A DNA stretch of 64,000 nucleotides from Octopus bimaculoides (GCF_001194135.2 NC_068989.1:118277-182276); one strand, 5' to 3'. Positions 12,830 through 26,321 are shown, counted from the first letter of the stretch. A program made the numbers and translations. The notes: generated by a model from the sequence alone, not told the origin.

Positions 12830-12894
12830 AATTTTGAACGAGAACTTGTTCCTGTTGAAACAAAAATGACAAAAATGGCCTTTCTAGCTGACAC
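12830..12894 (+). CDS. SPTBN5: E8 spectrin exon
   Basis: cag|AAT...AC|gtaagt after an 83-nt intron; NFERELVPVETKMTKMAFLADT. Confidence 0.92.
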
Positions 12895-13563
12895 GTAAGT
12901 CTTTTGCTTGAATTGGTTAATCAGATGAAAATAACAGATTTTACATAACAACAGTTAGGCATGGGAACAAAGAAATGAAAGTATAAATTTCAAATCTATC
13001 TACTTATATATTCTCTATTGTAAATAGAACTGGATGTTAACCTATGAATTATAACAAGACAAACTTGGGCCTTAGGAAATGTATTTAAGTCTAGAGCTAA
13101 AAAGAAATTTTGTTTAAAATATTATACCTAAAACCATGGTAAAGTTTCTTTCATTTTATTCCTTATCTGGAGTTATTATTTTTGTAAACCCGTTTTATAT
13201 TTGCCAATCATTTTAATCATATTTTTTTATAGATTCTTTTCCATCTGGTAAGGGGCATTTCATGAGAATTGTATGTCATGGTTTCTTATCACTTTCATTT
13301 AGTTTATTAGCTTCTATTCTCTGTGTGTGTGTGTATGCGTGTTTTGTAAAGATTTTAGTTCATCAAAATTAGTTTTTAGAGCCTTCTTTCATTATTTCCA
13401 TAGCTGCATGCAGTTTTCAGTCGGCTGCTTTTGGGAGTAGTTTGTATTTGCTTGTTTTATTGTCTGTTGCATCAATCAGTTTTTGTATCATTGTTGTTTC
13501 TTTGGTAGAGAAAAATTTACACTCAGATAAATCTTGAGTCCAAGTGCAGAAATACTTGTTTAA

Positions 13564-13755
13564 CCCTTTAGCATTTAAATCAACTGTATCCAGCCAAAAT
13601 ATTCCACCTGGCCAGATTTAGCTTTTCACACTTAGCCTACAGTGTCACATTGCAAATAAACAGCCATATCTCCAAGCTATGAAATAATACCTAATAAATT
13701 TAAAATGTGAATACACAAGCATTACATTTGACAGAGTAATTTAAATGCTAAAGGG
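13564..13755. mobile_element. piggyBac-type MITE (192 bp)
   Basis: TTAA|CCCTTTAGCATTTAAAT...ATTTAAATGCTAAAGGG|TAAT: perfect 17-bp TIRs, left TTAA target intact. Confidence 0.75.
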
Positions 13756-14679
13756 TAATTTAAATGCTTATATATTTAATGTTTGAGGAAGTTGAAATGT
13801 TATTTAATCTACTGCATGTTGTGTTTCAAGAAAATACCTACAGTTTTTTCATTGGCTTTTCAGCTTTTTGGTTATTACGACAGACTCAAATGTTTATTGA
13901 AACTTTTTTTTTTGAAGAATGGCTTTAAGAATTTATAAAACATATAAGATTTATCCTTTTATTCTACTGGTTTCATGCACTGATTTGTGGCATTACTTGC
14001 ATGGATTGGATGGTGTGACAGGGGCTGGCAAGGCCAAGTGTCACACCAGGATCAATTGTCTGTTTTGGCATGGCATCCTATGACTGGATACCCTTCCTAT
14101 TGCCAACCACTTCACAGATTCACAGAGTATAACTGGGTGTTTATTACATAGCACCACTGCTCTTTATATGGCACCAGCACAGACAGGTCCACCAAAGAAC
14201 TTGTGAAGCAAAACCCCCTCAACTGGGAGGGATGAGTAGTAATGAGGGAGGTGGCTTTGTGTCAGTTGTTGAGAGATAAAATGTATAGTGGAACAGAGAT
14301 AGATGTCTTGCTGGGGTGTGAGAATAGGTGATCTGATAGAGAGGATTGGTTTGGGTGAATAAGAAAGATGGAGCGAATGACTGTAGCAAATGCTGGAGAG
14401 AAATAAAGGCGAGACTCAGGAACATGGATTGCAGTGGCTATGTTGGGACATTGAGGGTGATAGCAGCTAAGTGAAGTGTTTATGATGAAGAACAGCACAG
14501 AGGAGAGAAGGTAGGGGAAGATAATGGGAAGAAAGTAACTGGGAAAGTCAGTGGGTGTAATATGTGTTTGCTCTGCTTTCAGGTGAAAGGATGGGTGTTA
14601 GGGGATAAAATGTGAAGGGAAATGGTTGACAGGGCAGAGAGAATAGAGTGGGGGTGGGCATCAGTTCCTCACTGACAAG

Positions 14680-15290
14680 CATTACCAAGGTGGTAATGTC
14701 TGTTTTCTTGCTCACTAGAACTTTGGTGCTCTGATTCCAGGTTTACTTCCACACCTGGAATTTCTTTTCTAATTCTGTTACAGAATCTGCTATGAAAGCA
14801 AGATCATCAGTATATAAGCATTCCCAGGAGCAGCCAGTCTTGGATTATTCTGTTGTAGTCTGGAGAATAATAGGTGGATAGGAGGGGACTGATAATTAAA
14901 GCCTGATGAACATCTACCTGTACACTAAATTCATCGCTGTTCTCATGGTTAACTCTCACATTACTGGTAAAGCCGCCACACATGCCCTGTACGGCTTTTA
15001 CAAGCCATTCATCTACCCCTAGATTTGTTAAGCCCACCATATCACACAGTAGAGTTCTGTCAAAGGCTTTCTCCAACTCAATAAATGCCAAGTCCAATGG
15101 TTTGTCCTTAGCCAAATACTTCTGCAGTTGTCTTACTTTAAAGAGAGCATCAGTAGTGCTTCTCCCCAGTGTAAAGACAAACTGCATTTACTCTAATCTG
15201 ATTCTCTCCCTAATTAATTGGGCTGTTGTTCTTTCCATAGCTTTCATGACCTGGTCCAGCAATTTTTTTCTACTGTAGACATCAGGCTTG
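14680..15290 (-). pseudogene. RTE LINE RT fragment
   Basis: GRSTTDALFKVRQLQKYLAKDKPLDLAFIELEKAFDR...VQVDVHQ. Confidence 0.88.
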
Positions 15291-16573
15291 AAATCTTGCG
15301 GGTAAGAGGCTGGTTGTTTACATCAAACCCAGTACTCGGCTGTTATTTATTTTATCAACCTCAGACACATGAAAGGTGGTCAACTTTAGCGAAATTTGAA
15401 CTCAGAACATCAACATGGATGAAATGCCACTAAATGTTTTTTTAACTGCTATGCTAACAATTTTGCCAGCTTCCCACTTTAATAGTAATAATCCTTTCTA
15501 CTTTAGGCAGAAGGCCTGAATTTTGTGAGTGGAAGCTAGTCAATTACATCAACTTCAGTCCTCAACTGCTTCTTATTTCAATCACTCTGAAAGGAACAAA
15601 GGCAGGATTTGAACTCAGAATATGTAAAGATGGATGAAATGTCACTAAGCAGTTTGTCTGGTAATGCTAACAATTCTGCTAGTTAGTACACTGACTTGGA
15701 AGGATTGGAACTTAGAATGAAGAGAGATGAAACTAAATAGGTGTCAAGTGCAAGACTTCATTTTCTCAGCCATCTCCACTGATTTTCGTCTCCTATCCTT
15801 AATGTTATAGTAACTCAAATGTGTCATATATTACAGTACGTGATGCTTGTGAAAAATTGAAATGATATCAAGTGAATTAGTAAATAAGATTGCTTAAGTG
15901 TTTTGTTCACAGTATTTATTACATGAAATTCTTTTAATCTTTTACTGGTTTCTGTCATTGAACCATGGCCACCCTGGACTTCCACCTTCAATGTTTTTTT
16001 TTTTCTCTATTCACCTTGGTTGGTACTTATTTCAGTTTGGCATTTACCTGATTGATCTTATAAAGAAAAACTGCATAAACATCATTTTTAATCTGCTATA
16101 AACATAAATGCAGACCCTGTCCTCTCATGTACACTTACCACATGCACATGTGCACGCACACACACACACAATCAACTCTAGTAGAAGATACATGTTGAAG
16201 GTTCGGTATTGTAGGACCAATCCTGGAGCCACATATTTGGAAAACAATCTTAACCCTGCAGCAGCCATGCTTGCACCTGATTGTGGAAATTCAAATATTT
16301 GCATGTCTTGTTGCCAACCCATGCCAGCATGAAAAAACACACTAATTGATGATGAGGATACCTTAATGCCAATAACAATTGTGAAGTGTGATACTTCATT
16401 TCATTGTGATAAGTTGTGGACTTTAATTAAGGATGCAATGAAATGTGGTTTAGTATTTTAGTGTCTGAATATTTTTAGAAATAAATATATAAAAAAATAA
16501 TTAATTTGGTGAAAATTCATCTGATAACTGATAACTGTTGTGGTAATTGCATCACTTTATTATTTTAATTAAG

Positions 16574-16655
16574 TGTCCGTTCTGCATACCCTAATGAAAA
16601 GAATTATGTTGACCAAAGGCAAAAGGAAGTCGAGAAGCAGTGGAAAGCATTACAA
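16574..16655 (+). CDS. SPTBN5: E9 spectrin exon
   Basis: aag|T...CAA|gtaagc; VRSAYPNEKNYVDQRQKEVEKQWKALQ. Confidence 0.9.
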
Positions 16656-17556
16656 GTAAGCGAAAGACTTCATTTACTCTTACTCGATTCTTGTTTCTGT
16701 TTGCTGCTGCTATCGTCAACCAAGGCGCAAATATTGTTTTATTAACTTGCAAAAGAAAAATTCTATTAATTTAAGATTCAAACTGAAATATTTAGACAAT
16801 TCTTTTTTATTAGCTTATCTACTCCTTGGGAACGAGATGGCATTAAAATAGAATTATGTAAGAAGCTACTGAGTGAAGAAGTTCAAAAATGATATTTTTA
16901 ATCCTAAACATTCACACAATTGATACGCATATTTCAAGAAGATGTTATAAGGTTGAAATGGGAATATAAATATTACAGAATTTTTTTATGGCTTGAAGTA
17001 AAAAAAGAAAAAAAAGAAATGTTGATCATGGTGGTGAAATGTTTGAACAGGAGACTTTAGCTACATCATGATTCCAACTGCCAATATTTACACTGGATTT
17101 GCTCAACTTTGGGTTGTACTTCCGATACTTTTTCACATTGATATGTATATGATTAAAATATATTTAATTTGATAAATATATTTTCCTATGTAATTTCAAA
17201 AGACTGTTGAAAGTAGTCGTTTTAGAATTTTAAATTTGTTTGTTTTTGCATCATTAATTGTTTCCAAATAAAATGTTGATGGATTAACCTATTCAAACAG
17301 AAAAGGACATGAGTTTTTCACTATGTCATCAAAATCAATCCTGCTGTACTCTCTTTTCTGTTTATAAGGCTACACCTCAGATTCACATTCTAAGCTATGA
17401 ACATGCCATAAAATGTTTACCTATAACAAAATAAATAAGATTTATCATTTATTCTCTGTCTAACCAAAGGAATAATTAGGGGCTTTTGGAAATGTAATCA
17501 ACTCTAGTTGTGTTAAATTTGATACTTATAGTTACTACTTTCTTTGCATATTGGAG

Positions 17557-17634
17557 GACAAAGTACAAAAAAGAAGGAAACAGCTTGATGATTCTGTTAC
17601 ACAACATCAGTTTGCAGAAGATGGCAAAGATCTT
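17557..17634 (+). CDS. SPTBN5: E10 spectrin exon (GAG acceptor)
   Basis: ggag|GAC...CTT|gtaagt; DKVQKRRKQLDDSVTQHQFAEDGKDL. Confidence 0.8.
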
Positions 17635-17769
17635 GTAAGTATTTCTTTTCTTCACTAATTAGTTATTGATTTGGTCAATATCTGCTAATCTAACACTTGG
17701 CATAAAATTTCCAGAATTTATATTAATTGGTTATATTTCTAATAGTTGTTGATTGTGTGTGTGTGTGTA

Positions 17770-18240
17770 ATGCCCCAGATACCTCAAATTAAGCAACAGG
17801 CCTCCTATCTCTCTTTGATTTGGGCAGCCTTTTACTCTTTATGATGGTATGTATTTGGAAGATTTTGCTTAGCCTGGGCTCCATTTTCAGTAATGATATA
17901 TTTTGGAATCGGATGCAGAACCTTCAATTCCAATTTATTTATTTATTTTAGTTCCTGGATATTGAATTTCTTGGCTTATTTGTATTCGATTATTAATCAA
18001 GGATGGTGGATAATTCCTGTCAAGGTCTATCCTTCAGTTCTTGATGTCAAATATCATAGATGTTTGTATCAGATGTTCTTGTACAAATCCTTTTGCCTAA
18101 GTTATAAGAGACATTCATTCTGGTGTGTCTCAGATGGCCTGAATTGAATCGAAGGTATTGTTTGGAGTCTGTTAGTTTATAGTAAATGTCCCATCTCTAC
18201 TTGATTGTTGATATTCTTTATATGGATGTCAAAGATGCCT
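17770..18240 (-). mobile_element. Degenerate Penelope-like RT C-terminal fragment (Poseidon-like)
   Basis: Minus strand DIYYKLTDSKQYLRFNSGHLRHTRMNVSYNLGKRICTRTSD matches the DIYYKPT...YL.F.S.HP......PY.L.RRIC motif. Confidence 0.7.
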
Positions 18241-19443
18241 GTATATGTGTATCAAGTGACAAAAACAGTACATATTTTATAACTCGAACAGTTGCAGAAA
18301 TGTTTATTAAATGTGTTATTCATTGAAATAAGCAGCTTTGCAAACCACAACCCTTTCCCATTTGCAATACAAGTTTTGAATTCCACCTTCGTAAAATGTT
18401 TTGTCTTTAGAAAAAAACCTGACCACCCCTTCCCCCATCTGTTTTATTATTGAGCTGTGTATTTTGCATAGGACTGTCTTTAATCACTTGGAGAAGTGTC
18501 AGGAGCACAAATGCTTGCCATCATAAAGCACAAATCATCTTAGGAGTAAGCTTTGTAGTATAAAGTCTTGCATTGTTCCGTAGGAATATTACTTCCATCC
18601 AATGTCTTTTGCTTTTAAGGTAAGCTATCCAGCACACACTTGAGTTGCATCATGTAAATTTCTGCTGTAACTGTTTGATTTGTAATGGACAACATCAGCT
18701 GCAGTCCACCAAACACATTCTGCCACTGGATGATCCAGTGGTACTGAATCATTTAGTGACAGCCAGGGATAGCTTCTATTCCTGTTTGAGTATGAGAACA
18801 TTTTTCATCACAAGCAAGTAAACAATTGTAAAAACAGTTTGTTTTACTTTTATTTATTTGTTTTTCTCATGTAAAGAACAAAAAGATTCTGAAGTTTGTC
18901 ATCTCATAATGTGGCACCCGTTTGCCTAGCCTCCATAACTGGGCCAACCAGTGCTTCTTGAATGGAATTATTGGACAAAAACTGAATATGGAGGCTCATC
19001 ATACAGAAGGGTTAGAAGACCATCTCTTGCTCAGTTGCCACAGTTTTGGCATAGTTTCTACAGTTGGTTGTCTTTCATAACACCAACTACCACTTAACTG
19101 AATCTTGTGGGTGTTGATTTTGTGGTACCAACATCAGAAAGATGGCCATGCCCTTGGCAAGATTCTTTGTGGTATATCTGCTTTATTTGCCAAACACTGT
19201 ACACAATTTACTGGATGCATTTTATCAACATGGGTGAGATCACTTAAATAATTTGCTGGACGATAGAATCTCTATGACTGGGGAAGGATCGGAATAGGAG
19301 AGAGAACGAAGACATCACATGAAGTGTTGAGAGAAATTAAAAATGGAAGAAACAAATGTATATTGTGGTTATGAGAAGAGTAACAGCAGTGACAGTGTTG
19401 GGCTGGGTCTGTAATTAAGAGAAAGAGAAAGTATAGTACCAAG

Positions 19444-19567
19444 NNNNNNNNNNNNNNNNNNNNNNNNNNNNNNNNNNNNNNNNNNNNNNNNNNNNNNNNN
19501 NNNNNNNNNNNNNNNNNNNNNNNNNNNNNNNNNNNNNNNNNNNNNNNNNNNNNNNNNNNNNNNNNNN
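19444..19567. other. Assembly gap (124 N) in a purine-rich low-complexity tract
   Basis: N run; other gaps at 2489-2498, 52341-52350, 58684-58777. Confidence 0.99.
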
Positions 19568-20260
19568 AGATACAGACAGGCAGGCAGAGAGTGCTAAGGG
19601 TGGTGGGGTGGATTATGTTGGAGAAGATCAAAGGCTATCCCATGATATGTGGATGGAGGGGTACATGAAATGGACATAAAGAGGTGGTGATTAGAAGCTA
19701 GAGAAATATGGAAAGGGTCAGGGGAAGTAAAAGATGTAGTGATTGTTGTAAAGGTGGAGGGGTACCAAAGAGATGGAGCTGTGAGGAAAGGTTCAGTGAA
19801 TGAAAGAGGGACAGAAAAATATTGTATAAGTAGTGGGGTACTGTAGATGAATGCAGTAAATGCATCCCAGTCACCATTCCTATTCCTGTTCTAGAGTTTC
19901 CTCTGCCAAGTTTTCAAGACAATGCAAGTTTTCGCTAGCACTGCATGTTAACCTTTATCATTAATTTTGTGAATTCCAGTATCTGAGGTTGATTATCACT
20001 ACTTCATCCCATGTCTAAGTCTTCTACAAGTTCCATCCTCGCTTGGCATTTTTTTTATGCAGCTTTTGTCATCCATGTACATCACATGTCTATGTACTCG
20101 TCTCTTTTGCAAACACTAACATTGTCCAATGAAGCATGTTCACAGCATTTCTTTCTAATCTTCATAGAGGCTCTGCGTTCAAGGCTCACCACATAAATAC
20201 TATATTGTACGTGTGAGTGTGTTTGTTACATTGTGAAATGTGTGATATATATCATTTCAG

Positions 20261-20388
20261 TTGGCATGGGCTGAAATTATGGAGTCAAAATTGAAATCCT
20301 CTGAAAAACCTCGTGACTATAAGACAGCTGAAAGTATGCTGCAAGAACACAAGGAGTTAGGAAAAGAAATTGAACAGAAGAAAGAAAA
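20261..20388 (+). CDS. SPTBN5: E11 spectrin exon
   Basis: cag|TTG...AA|gtaagt; LAWAEIMESKLKSSEKPRDYKTAESMLQEHKELGKEIEQKKEK. Confidence 0.93.
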
Positions 20389-21244
20389 GTAAGTTTAAGT
20401 TTACATTTATTGAAATGTGTTCATACGAAACAAGATCTGTGAATAAATACATATTTCATTCTAAAATATAATTCTCCTTTTGTAGATTGCTAATATCAAA
20501 AGATAAAGTGGTCTTCTGAAGATTCTCATTTTTCATTTTATTGACCAGTTTAGATATTTTTGTTAACCTGGACATGAATGTTAGCCTCTTCCAAGCTGCT
20601 CAAAAAAATCCCTATTCAGTTAGATATTTCCATCACTATTTGTAGCAGGGAAATTTATCTAGTTATCTAGGAATTGAATCTTTTTTAAAGTATCATTGCT
20701 AGACACAGTGTATTGCCAATGAAGGGAAACAAAACAGTGGACTTTTAGCTGATAGGCTAATCTTCTACAGATTAATGAAGCTGCTTATGTCATTTTAGTT
20801 CCTAATGTGGTGAATGTTAAAAATACCAACTGAGAATATGTGAAACTATCTTCAAGTTCTACTGAAAATAACCATTCCCAAATGCAATGACATTTATATT
20901 TGGCTGAGGTAATTTTTAGTTAACATGCATATCTCTTCCAATCATATATGATTGGAAGAGGTATGTAATTTTAAACTGGTAATATAATTTAAACTATATT
21001 GAGAGTTAATGTAATCTTAAACTGGAGATACAGGGGTTGGGGAACTATTAGAAGACTAGTAATGCTGAAATTTTTTATAATCAGGTTTATTATTTTTGTT
21101 TTGTCCTGATTATTGTCTAATATGATGATGATGATGGTGTTTTTGTATATCGTTTGAAAGTAATTGGGGAGAGTACTGTTCCATGATTAATTGCATCTAT
21201 TATATGAAAATATTAGCTTGTGGAAAGAAAATCTATAAATTGAA

Positions 21245-21583
21245 CCAGCGTCGCCTTACTGGCACTTGTGCCGGTGGTACGTGAAAAACAGCATTCAAGC
21301 GAGGGCGTTTCCAGTGCTGCTGGACTGGCTCCTGTGCAGGTGACACGTAAAAACACCATTTGAGCGTGGCCGTTGCCAGTACCGCCTGAATGGCCCTCGT
21401 GCTGGTGGCATGTAAAAGCATCCACTACACTCTCGGAGTGGTTGGCGTTAGGAAGGGCATCCAGCTGTAGAAACTCTGCCAGATCAGATTGGAGCCTGGT
21501 GCAGCCATCTGGCTCACCAGTCCTCAGTCAAATTGTCCAACCCATGCCAGCATGGAAAGTGGACGTTAAACGATGATGGTGAT
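21245..21583 (+). mobile_element. RTE 3' UTR-derived element
   Basis: Same AGGAAGGGCATCCAGCTGTAGAAAC...CATGCCAGCATGG...GATGATG family. Shorter plus copies at 7230-7410, 31310-31468, 51310-51440. Confidence 0.85.
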
Positions 21584-21700
21584 GTTTGTCAACCAAATTT
21601 CACAAAGTTCATTGGCTCATATTTTCAATTTCTAAGAGAAAACTACTAAACTTATAGAATTAACCTTTCCAAATTTATAATTTTATTTATTTATTTTCAG

Positions 21701-21848
21701 ATTCCGTCATTTGGAGAATGTCAAACTGCCTGGAGGTCATACAGCAAAAACGGAAGAACTTTTGAAAAAACTGAAAATTAAAGAGAATAATCTCGATAAT
21801 ATCTGGCAGAAGAAGCATAAAGAATTGAAGGATACCTTGAGCCTTCAG
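21701..21848 (+). CDS. SPTBN5: E12 spectrin exon
   Basis: cag|A...CAG|gtatct; FRHLENVKLPGG...NIWQKKHKELKDTLSLQ. Confidence 0.92.
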
Positions 21849-22975
21849 GTATCTCCATTTGTTGTTTAGCCTCTGGTCAACTCCAGTTGAACAGATCTCT
21901 CATCAAACATATTACATTTTGTTAGAGCTATCTAGAATTACATTGCTTGATGAGGGAGATTTGGTTGTTTTTTCTAATAGATCAAGCAACCTTGTAGACA
22001 CTCCCTTAGTGGTTCTAAGATTTTTGATGCTTAGTTTAGGTAAACTATGGTCAAGGAATCTATGATCAGACATTCTAACCAGTCTAGCTCAGACTATCCA
22101 ATATGTCCTTCCATTTTTTTTAAAGATTGCGGTGTTATTGGTAAAAGATTTAACTGCCTAGAAGATCAACTGATCACATATAAGCTCTTTCATTGACTCT
22201 GCAATTCAATGAAAATTTGAGCATTAGATTTCAGAAGCTTAGGATATTGCCAAAAATATTTCCACATATTCAACAAGTATAAAATTTAGACAACATAAAA
22301 TTGTAAATAACAGCATATAAATACTGGGTTGAAAAAGCACATTAGATCTAAAATGTTGAAGGTTGCCCATGAAACAACTTTTTACTTCTTCTGTCTAAAG
22401 AGTTTTTAACCCAATATTTGCATCCTATTGTTTCTAGATTTACTTACTTCCAGATCTGCCTTTCCAAATAAGAATTACCTCACATTTTCTTGAAGTTTAT
22501 AAAAATTCTTATAACATCAACAACATAGAATTAATTTTTTTTTTAAATCCTATTGATAATAATAAGATAATACTTTATCTATAGTTATTATTTCAATTTA
22601 TAAAGAATTTATTTTCTGAATGTATTGTCAATGTGTTCAACTGATAACCTTATGGTTACCACTTGAAAACCTGATGCAGCCTTTGTGATCTTAGACAATG
22701 ATCAATGTTCTGTGAGTTAATCACATACAGCCTACTTTGTCTTGTAAGTTTGGGTAGGTCACCTAATTCGACTTATCTCAGTTTATGAAGCTGTTGGAAT
22801 AATTACAAGATCTGGGAATGTGATATATTGGCTATGCTGTTGAGAAGATTCTTCTGCTTATCACTAACACCACCACCATCTCTTGACTAAAGCATTCACT
22901 TTAAGTTCCAATAACTCTACGAGACAAACTATTAAGGTAAAAAAAAAATAACTAATTTTTATTTTTATTTGACAG

Positions 22976-23053
22976 GGCTTCAATAAAGAAGCTGATTATA
23001 TGGATTACTTGAACAGTGGAAATGAGTCCTTACTTGAGGTTTCTGGAAAACCA
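22976..23053 (+). CDS. SPTBN5: E13 spectrin exon
   Basis: cag|GGC...CCA|gtatgt; GFNKEADYMDYLNSGNESLLEVSGKP. Confidence 0.88.
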
Positions 23054-23774
23054 GTATGTATAAATGTCTTAAAGTACTCTTTTTGTCTAAAAATATGCTC
23101 TACTTTTCAGCTTTGGCTTATTATGGTTTTCTTTCTTATGTTTTAAAAATAGGCTTGTGAAAACTTAAACAATAGAACTCCAGACAAAATACTTTTCTAC
23201 ACCCAACATAGTTCTTTATTGTTCTTAGTCCAAACAAACTTGTCCCAGTCAGCTTTATCTCTTTACTGGTAATATTGATAGTATTAGCAATAGTCTTCTT
23301 TTCTTAAGCCTTGAGCTTCTGGTAGAGTCATAGGGGTGTCAGCATGACACAGCATGCCTTGAGTATGTTTAAACCTAACAGAGCCCTTTCCTCTCCAAGT
23401 ATTGATCACAGCTCAATTTATTTGAACAAGACAGACAGAGAGATTGAAAATAATTCACCCAGTGCTGGTGTGCTGTGTAATAAACCCTAAAGGGAAGAAA
23501 GGGAAAAGTTGACTTCAGCAGGATTTAAAATCAGAGCACAGAAGTCTAGATTGAATACTGCAAGTCAGTCATTCTGTCCAACACTTTAATAACTTGGGCG
23601 CTTCACCACCATTTACCAGTTTTGCAGCAGTGAATGCAATTCAATCACTTTTTTTTGCCTTCTCTGACATGTTTCAAGAGAAATGTTTTGTTTGACATAA
23701 TTTCTATCATTCTGTGGATAGGCCATTATTTCGTTGATCTCACACGATTTCAGTTGTTATTTTTTTTTTTGTAG

Positions 23775-23914
23775 GACTCTTTGGATGATGTGGTGTGTCA
23801 AATTCGTCAAAATGAACTTTTCTGTAGCAAAATGAAGGCTGGTGATGAAAGGGTTAATGCTTTTAAACAAAAGGCAGATACATTATTGAATGAAAAACAT
23901 CCAGACTCAGAACA
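23775..23914 (+). CDS. SPTBN5: E14 spectrin exon
   Basis: tag|GAC...CA|gtaagt; DSLDDVVCQIRQNELFCSKMKAGDERVNAFKQKADTLLNEKHPDSE. Confidence 0.92.
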
Positions 23915-24229
23915 GTAAGTAATACCTACAAATATCTGTTGTTTTAACTCCAAATCAGCTGTAATCAAGCAAACCTATAATCAAAAGTATCCCAGCCATG
24001 CCCATCCTACTTATTTTGTTTTCAGACAATGCGTCTAGGACTATATTATTTAATGCGTCCTATATTTTAAAGAGAGTAAATTGTTACTTGAGGGTAATTT
24101 GGTTGTCATGATTGACCAGATTGTGATACTAGAACTGTCATTTGAAGATTTTATGTTGATTTCTACAATTATACAAAATCTAGTTTTTGTAATCTTGTTG
24201 TTTTTGTTTTGTTTTGTTTTTTCTTATGG

Positions 24230-25040
24230 TTTGGTCTCGAAGGAGAGTCGGTGCCTGTGGCCTTCCCAGTCCTTAGAAGACTGGGAAGACCGGTGTCATT
24301 GCTATTCTTCTTGAATTGTAAGTTGACAGTTGTAGGAAAAACATGTGCAGAGATAGAATTCCTGAAGCGTGATGTTTCTGATGATGAACCAAGACTGAGC
24401 AGAGTGCTTCGTGTGGAGGCCTGAGTAGTTGGATACAACATGAGATCAACAGGCACCGTGGAACAGATGCTAGTATAGTGTCTCTCTCTGCCATACGTTA
24501 CAGTGGAATGGAGAATGGGAAACAATTCCATGCCAATCAGTCAAATGGCCTTTCTTTGAATAGTTTACATTCTGTGTGTGTGTATAAGGTCAGCACTGTT
24601 TAGATGCAAGAGCAAATCTGTTCTGGAGAATTCACTTGAGTTTTGAAGAGGGTTAATAATTGTTGCCTGTGAGACAATGCAGCTGTGATATAAGAATAAT
24701 AACAACCAATGAAACATTTAGAGAGAGAATTTATAATAGTAAATGGAGGATTCAAGGGTCTGACATAGGACTGGCAGTGATGGAGAGCACTGGTGGATCT
24801 GGTCAGCTGTGTGCATGATGACATCTCTAGGACCACTAAGTTGGGATGACCCCCAGCTCCATTAAGCAAGAGCATGAAGCAAGTAAACAAGGAAGGTTTT
24901 TGAATAGTTGTCCAATGTACAGGTGAAGTTTCACTTGATAAATCTTCAATAAAGGCAGGATAATCAGTATCCTCTTAATGCTTGGGCACACTGGCAGTTG
25001 TCTAGGGGGACCAACAGTAATACTGTGTATACTGTAGCTT
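24230..25040 (-). mobile_element. Degenerate CR1/L2/Jockey-group LINE 3' fragment
   Basis: Minus strand QLLTLFKTQV, IQRKAI, NSISAHVFPTTVNLQFKKN resemble the C-terminus of non-RTE LINE ORF2; terminal hairpin. Confidence 0.55.
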
Positions 25041-25395
25041 GCTGTCAATAAATGCTTTATTTGGAAGTCTGTTATACGGTTAAGTTGACCCTTATAATTA
25101 ATGAAACAAACATACTTTCTAAAGCTGGAAATTGAAGCTATGTTAATGTTATTAATGTTTAATTTAAATGAAGTGGGTGGCTGGCTGCAAAGAAATTAAG
25201 AACAAAGATGGTTTGATAAATATGGAATTCTGAACTTTTTTTTTTTTTAATGGTTACTAACTTTATTTTGTTTTAACACATACTTTTGAAAATAATTTAC
25301 ATATTTACAAAAGATCAAATAAAATCAAACCTGAAAAGATTCTGAAATTCTTATAAAAAGATTGTGTATGCATTTGTTCATGTATTGACTTAATA

Positions 25396-25575
25396 TCATC
25401 ATTATTTAACATCCACTTTCTATGCTGGCATGGGTTGGACGGTTTGACTGAAAACTGGTAAGCTGAGGAGCTGCATCAGGTTCCAATCTGATTTGGCACG
25501 GTTTCTATGGCTGAACGTCCAATGCCAACCGCTCCAAGAGTGTAGGGGTGCTTTTTACATGCCACTGGCAATGGC
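25396..25575 (-). mobile_element. RTE 3' UTR-derived element (short)
   Basis: atcatcattatttaacatccactttctatgctggcatgggttggacgg... Confidence 0.8.
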
Positions 25576-25693
25576 TATGACTACAATCCCAGCATTAGAC
25601 ATAAAAAAGAAAGTTTAAAATAAAGATGATGTGTTTTTTTTCTCAAAATTCCACATAAGTTTACATGTTTACTATCATCTAATTTTTTTTTAG

Positions 25694-25817
25694 TATTGGT
25701 AAACGTAAGAACCAAATTCTGCAGCATCGAGCTGCAGTGAAAGAAAAGGCTTTACAACGGGCAGACGACTTAGAAAAGGCTAGGAAATTTCTTGAATTCA
25801 AGCGTAATGCTAATGAA
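25694..25817 (+). CDS. SPTBN5: E15 spectrin exon
   Basis: tag|T...GAA|gtaagt; IGKRKNQILQHRAAVKEKALQRADDLEKARKFLEFKRNANE. Confidence 0.92.
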
Positions 25818-26093
25818 GTAAGTAGCTTCTCTAAAGATCATCTTTGGTAATTTTTTCATATTGCAGATTAATTCAGTTATGTATTTTTATTTTCTTAGCC
25901 CACAAAAGAGAATATTTACCTGTAACCTGTGAAACCATTTGATATTAGAAGGTGGAGCCAAATGAGTGGAGGTGTTGAATATTTAAGGTTTCAAAACAGA
26001 GTGGGGAGCTTTCAAATGGTTTTATGTGATTTAAAGTAACCCATCTTTCCTCAACAGAAGTCTGCAACCAAGATTCCAGTTTCAAAGCATTTT

Positions 26094-26132
<39 letters not shown>

Positions 26133-26321
26133 TGGCATCTGTTTGACTAGATCAATACAGTGATTGTCAGAAATGAATGAAACTGCAGGAAAGACGTAAT
26201 AACAAGGCTGCATCAAAGCATCAATGAAAATCTTAAATGGTAGCCTAATGTAATGTAGGAACAGCACTATTTCTATTTTCAGATGAATCTATTCTGATGT
26301 TTTTTTTCTAATTTCTTTCAG

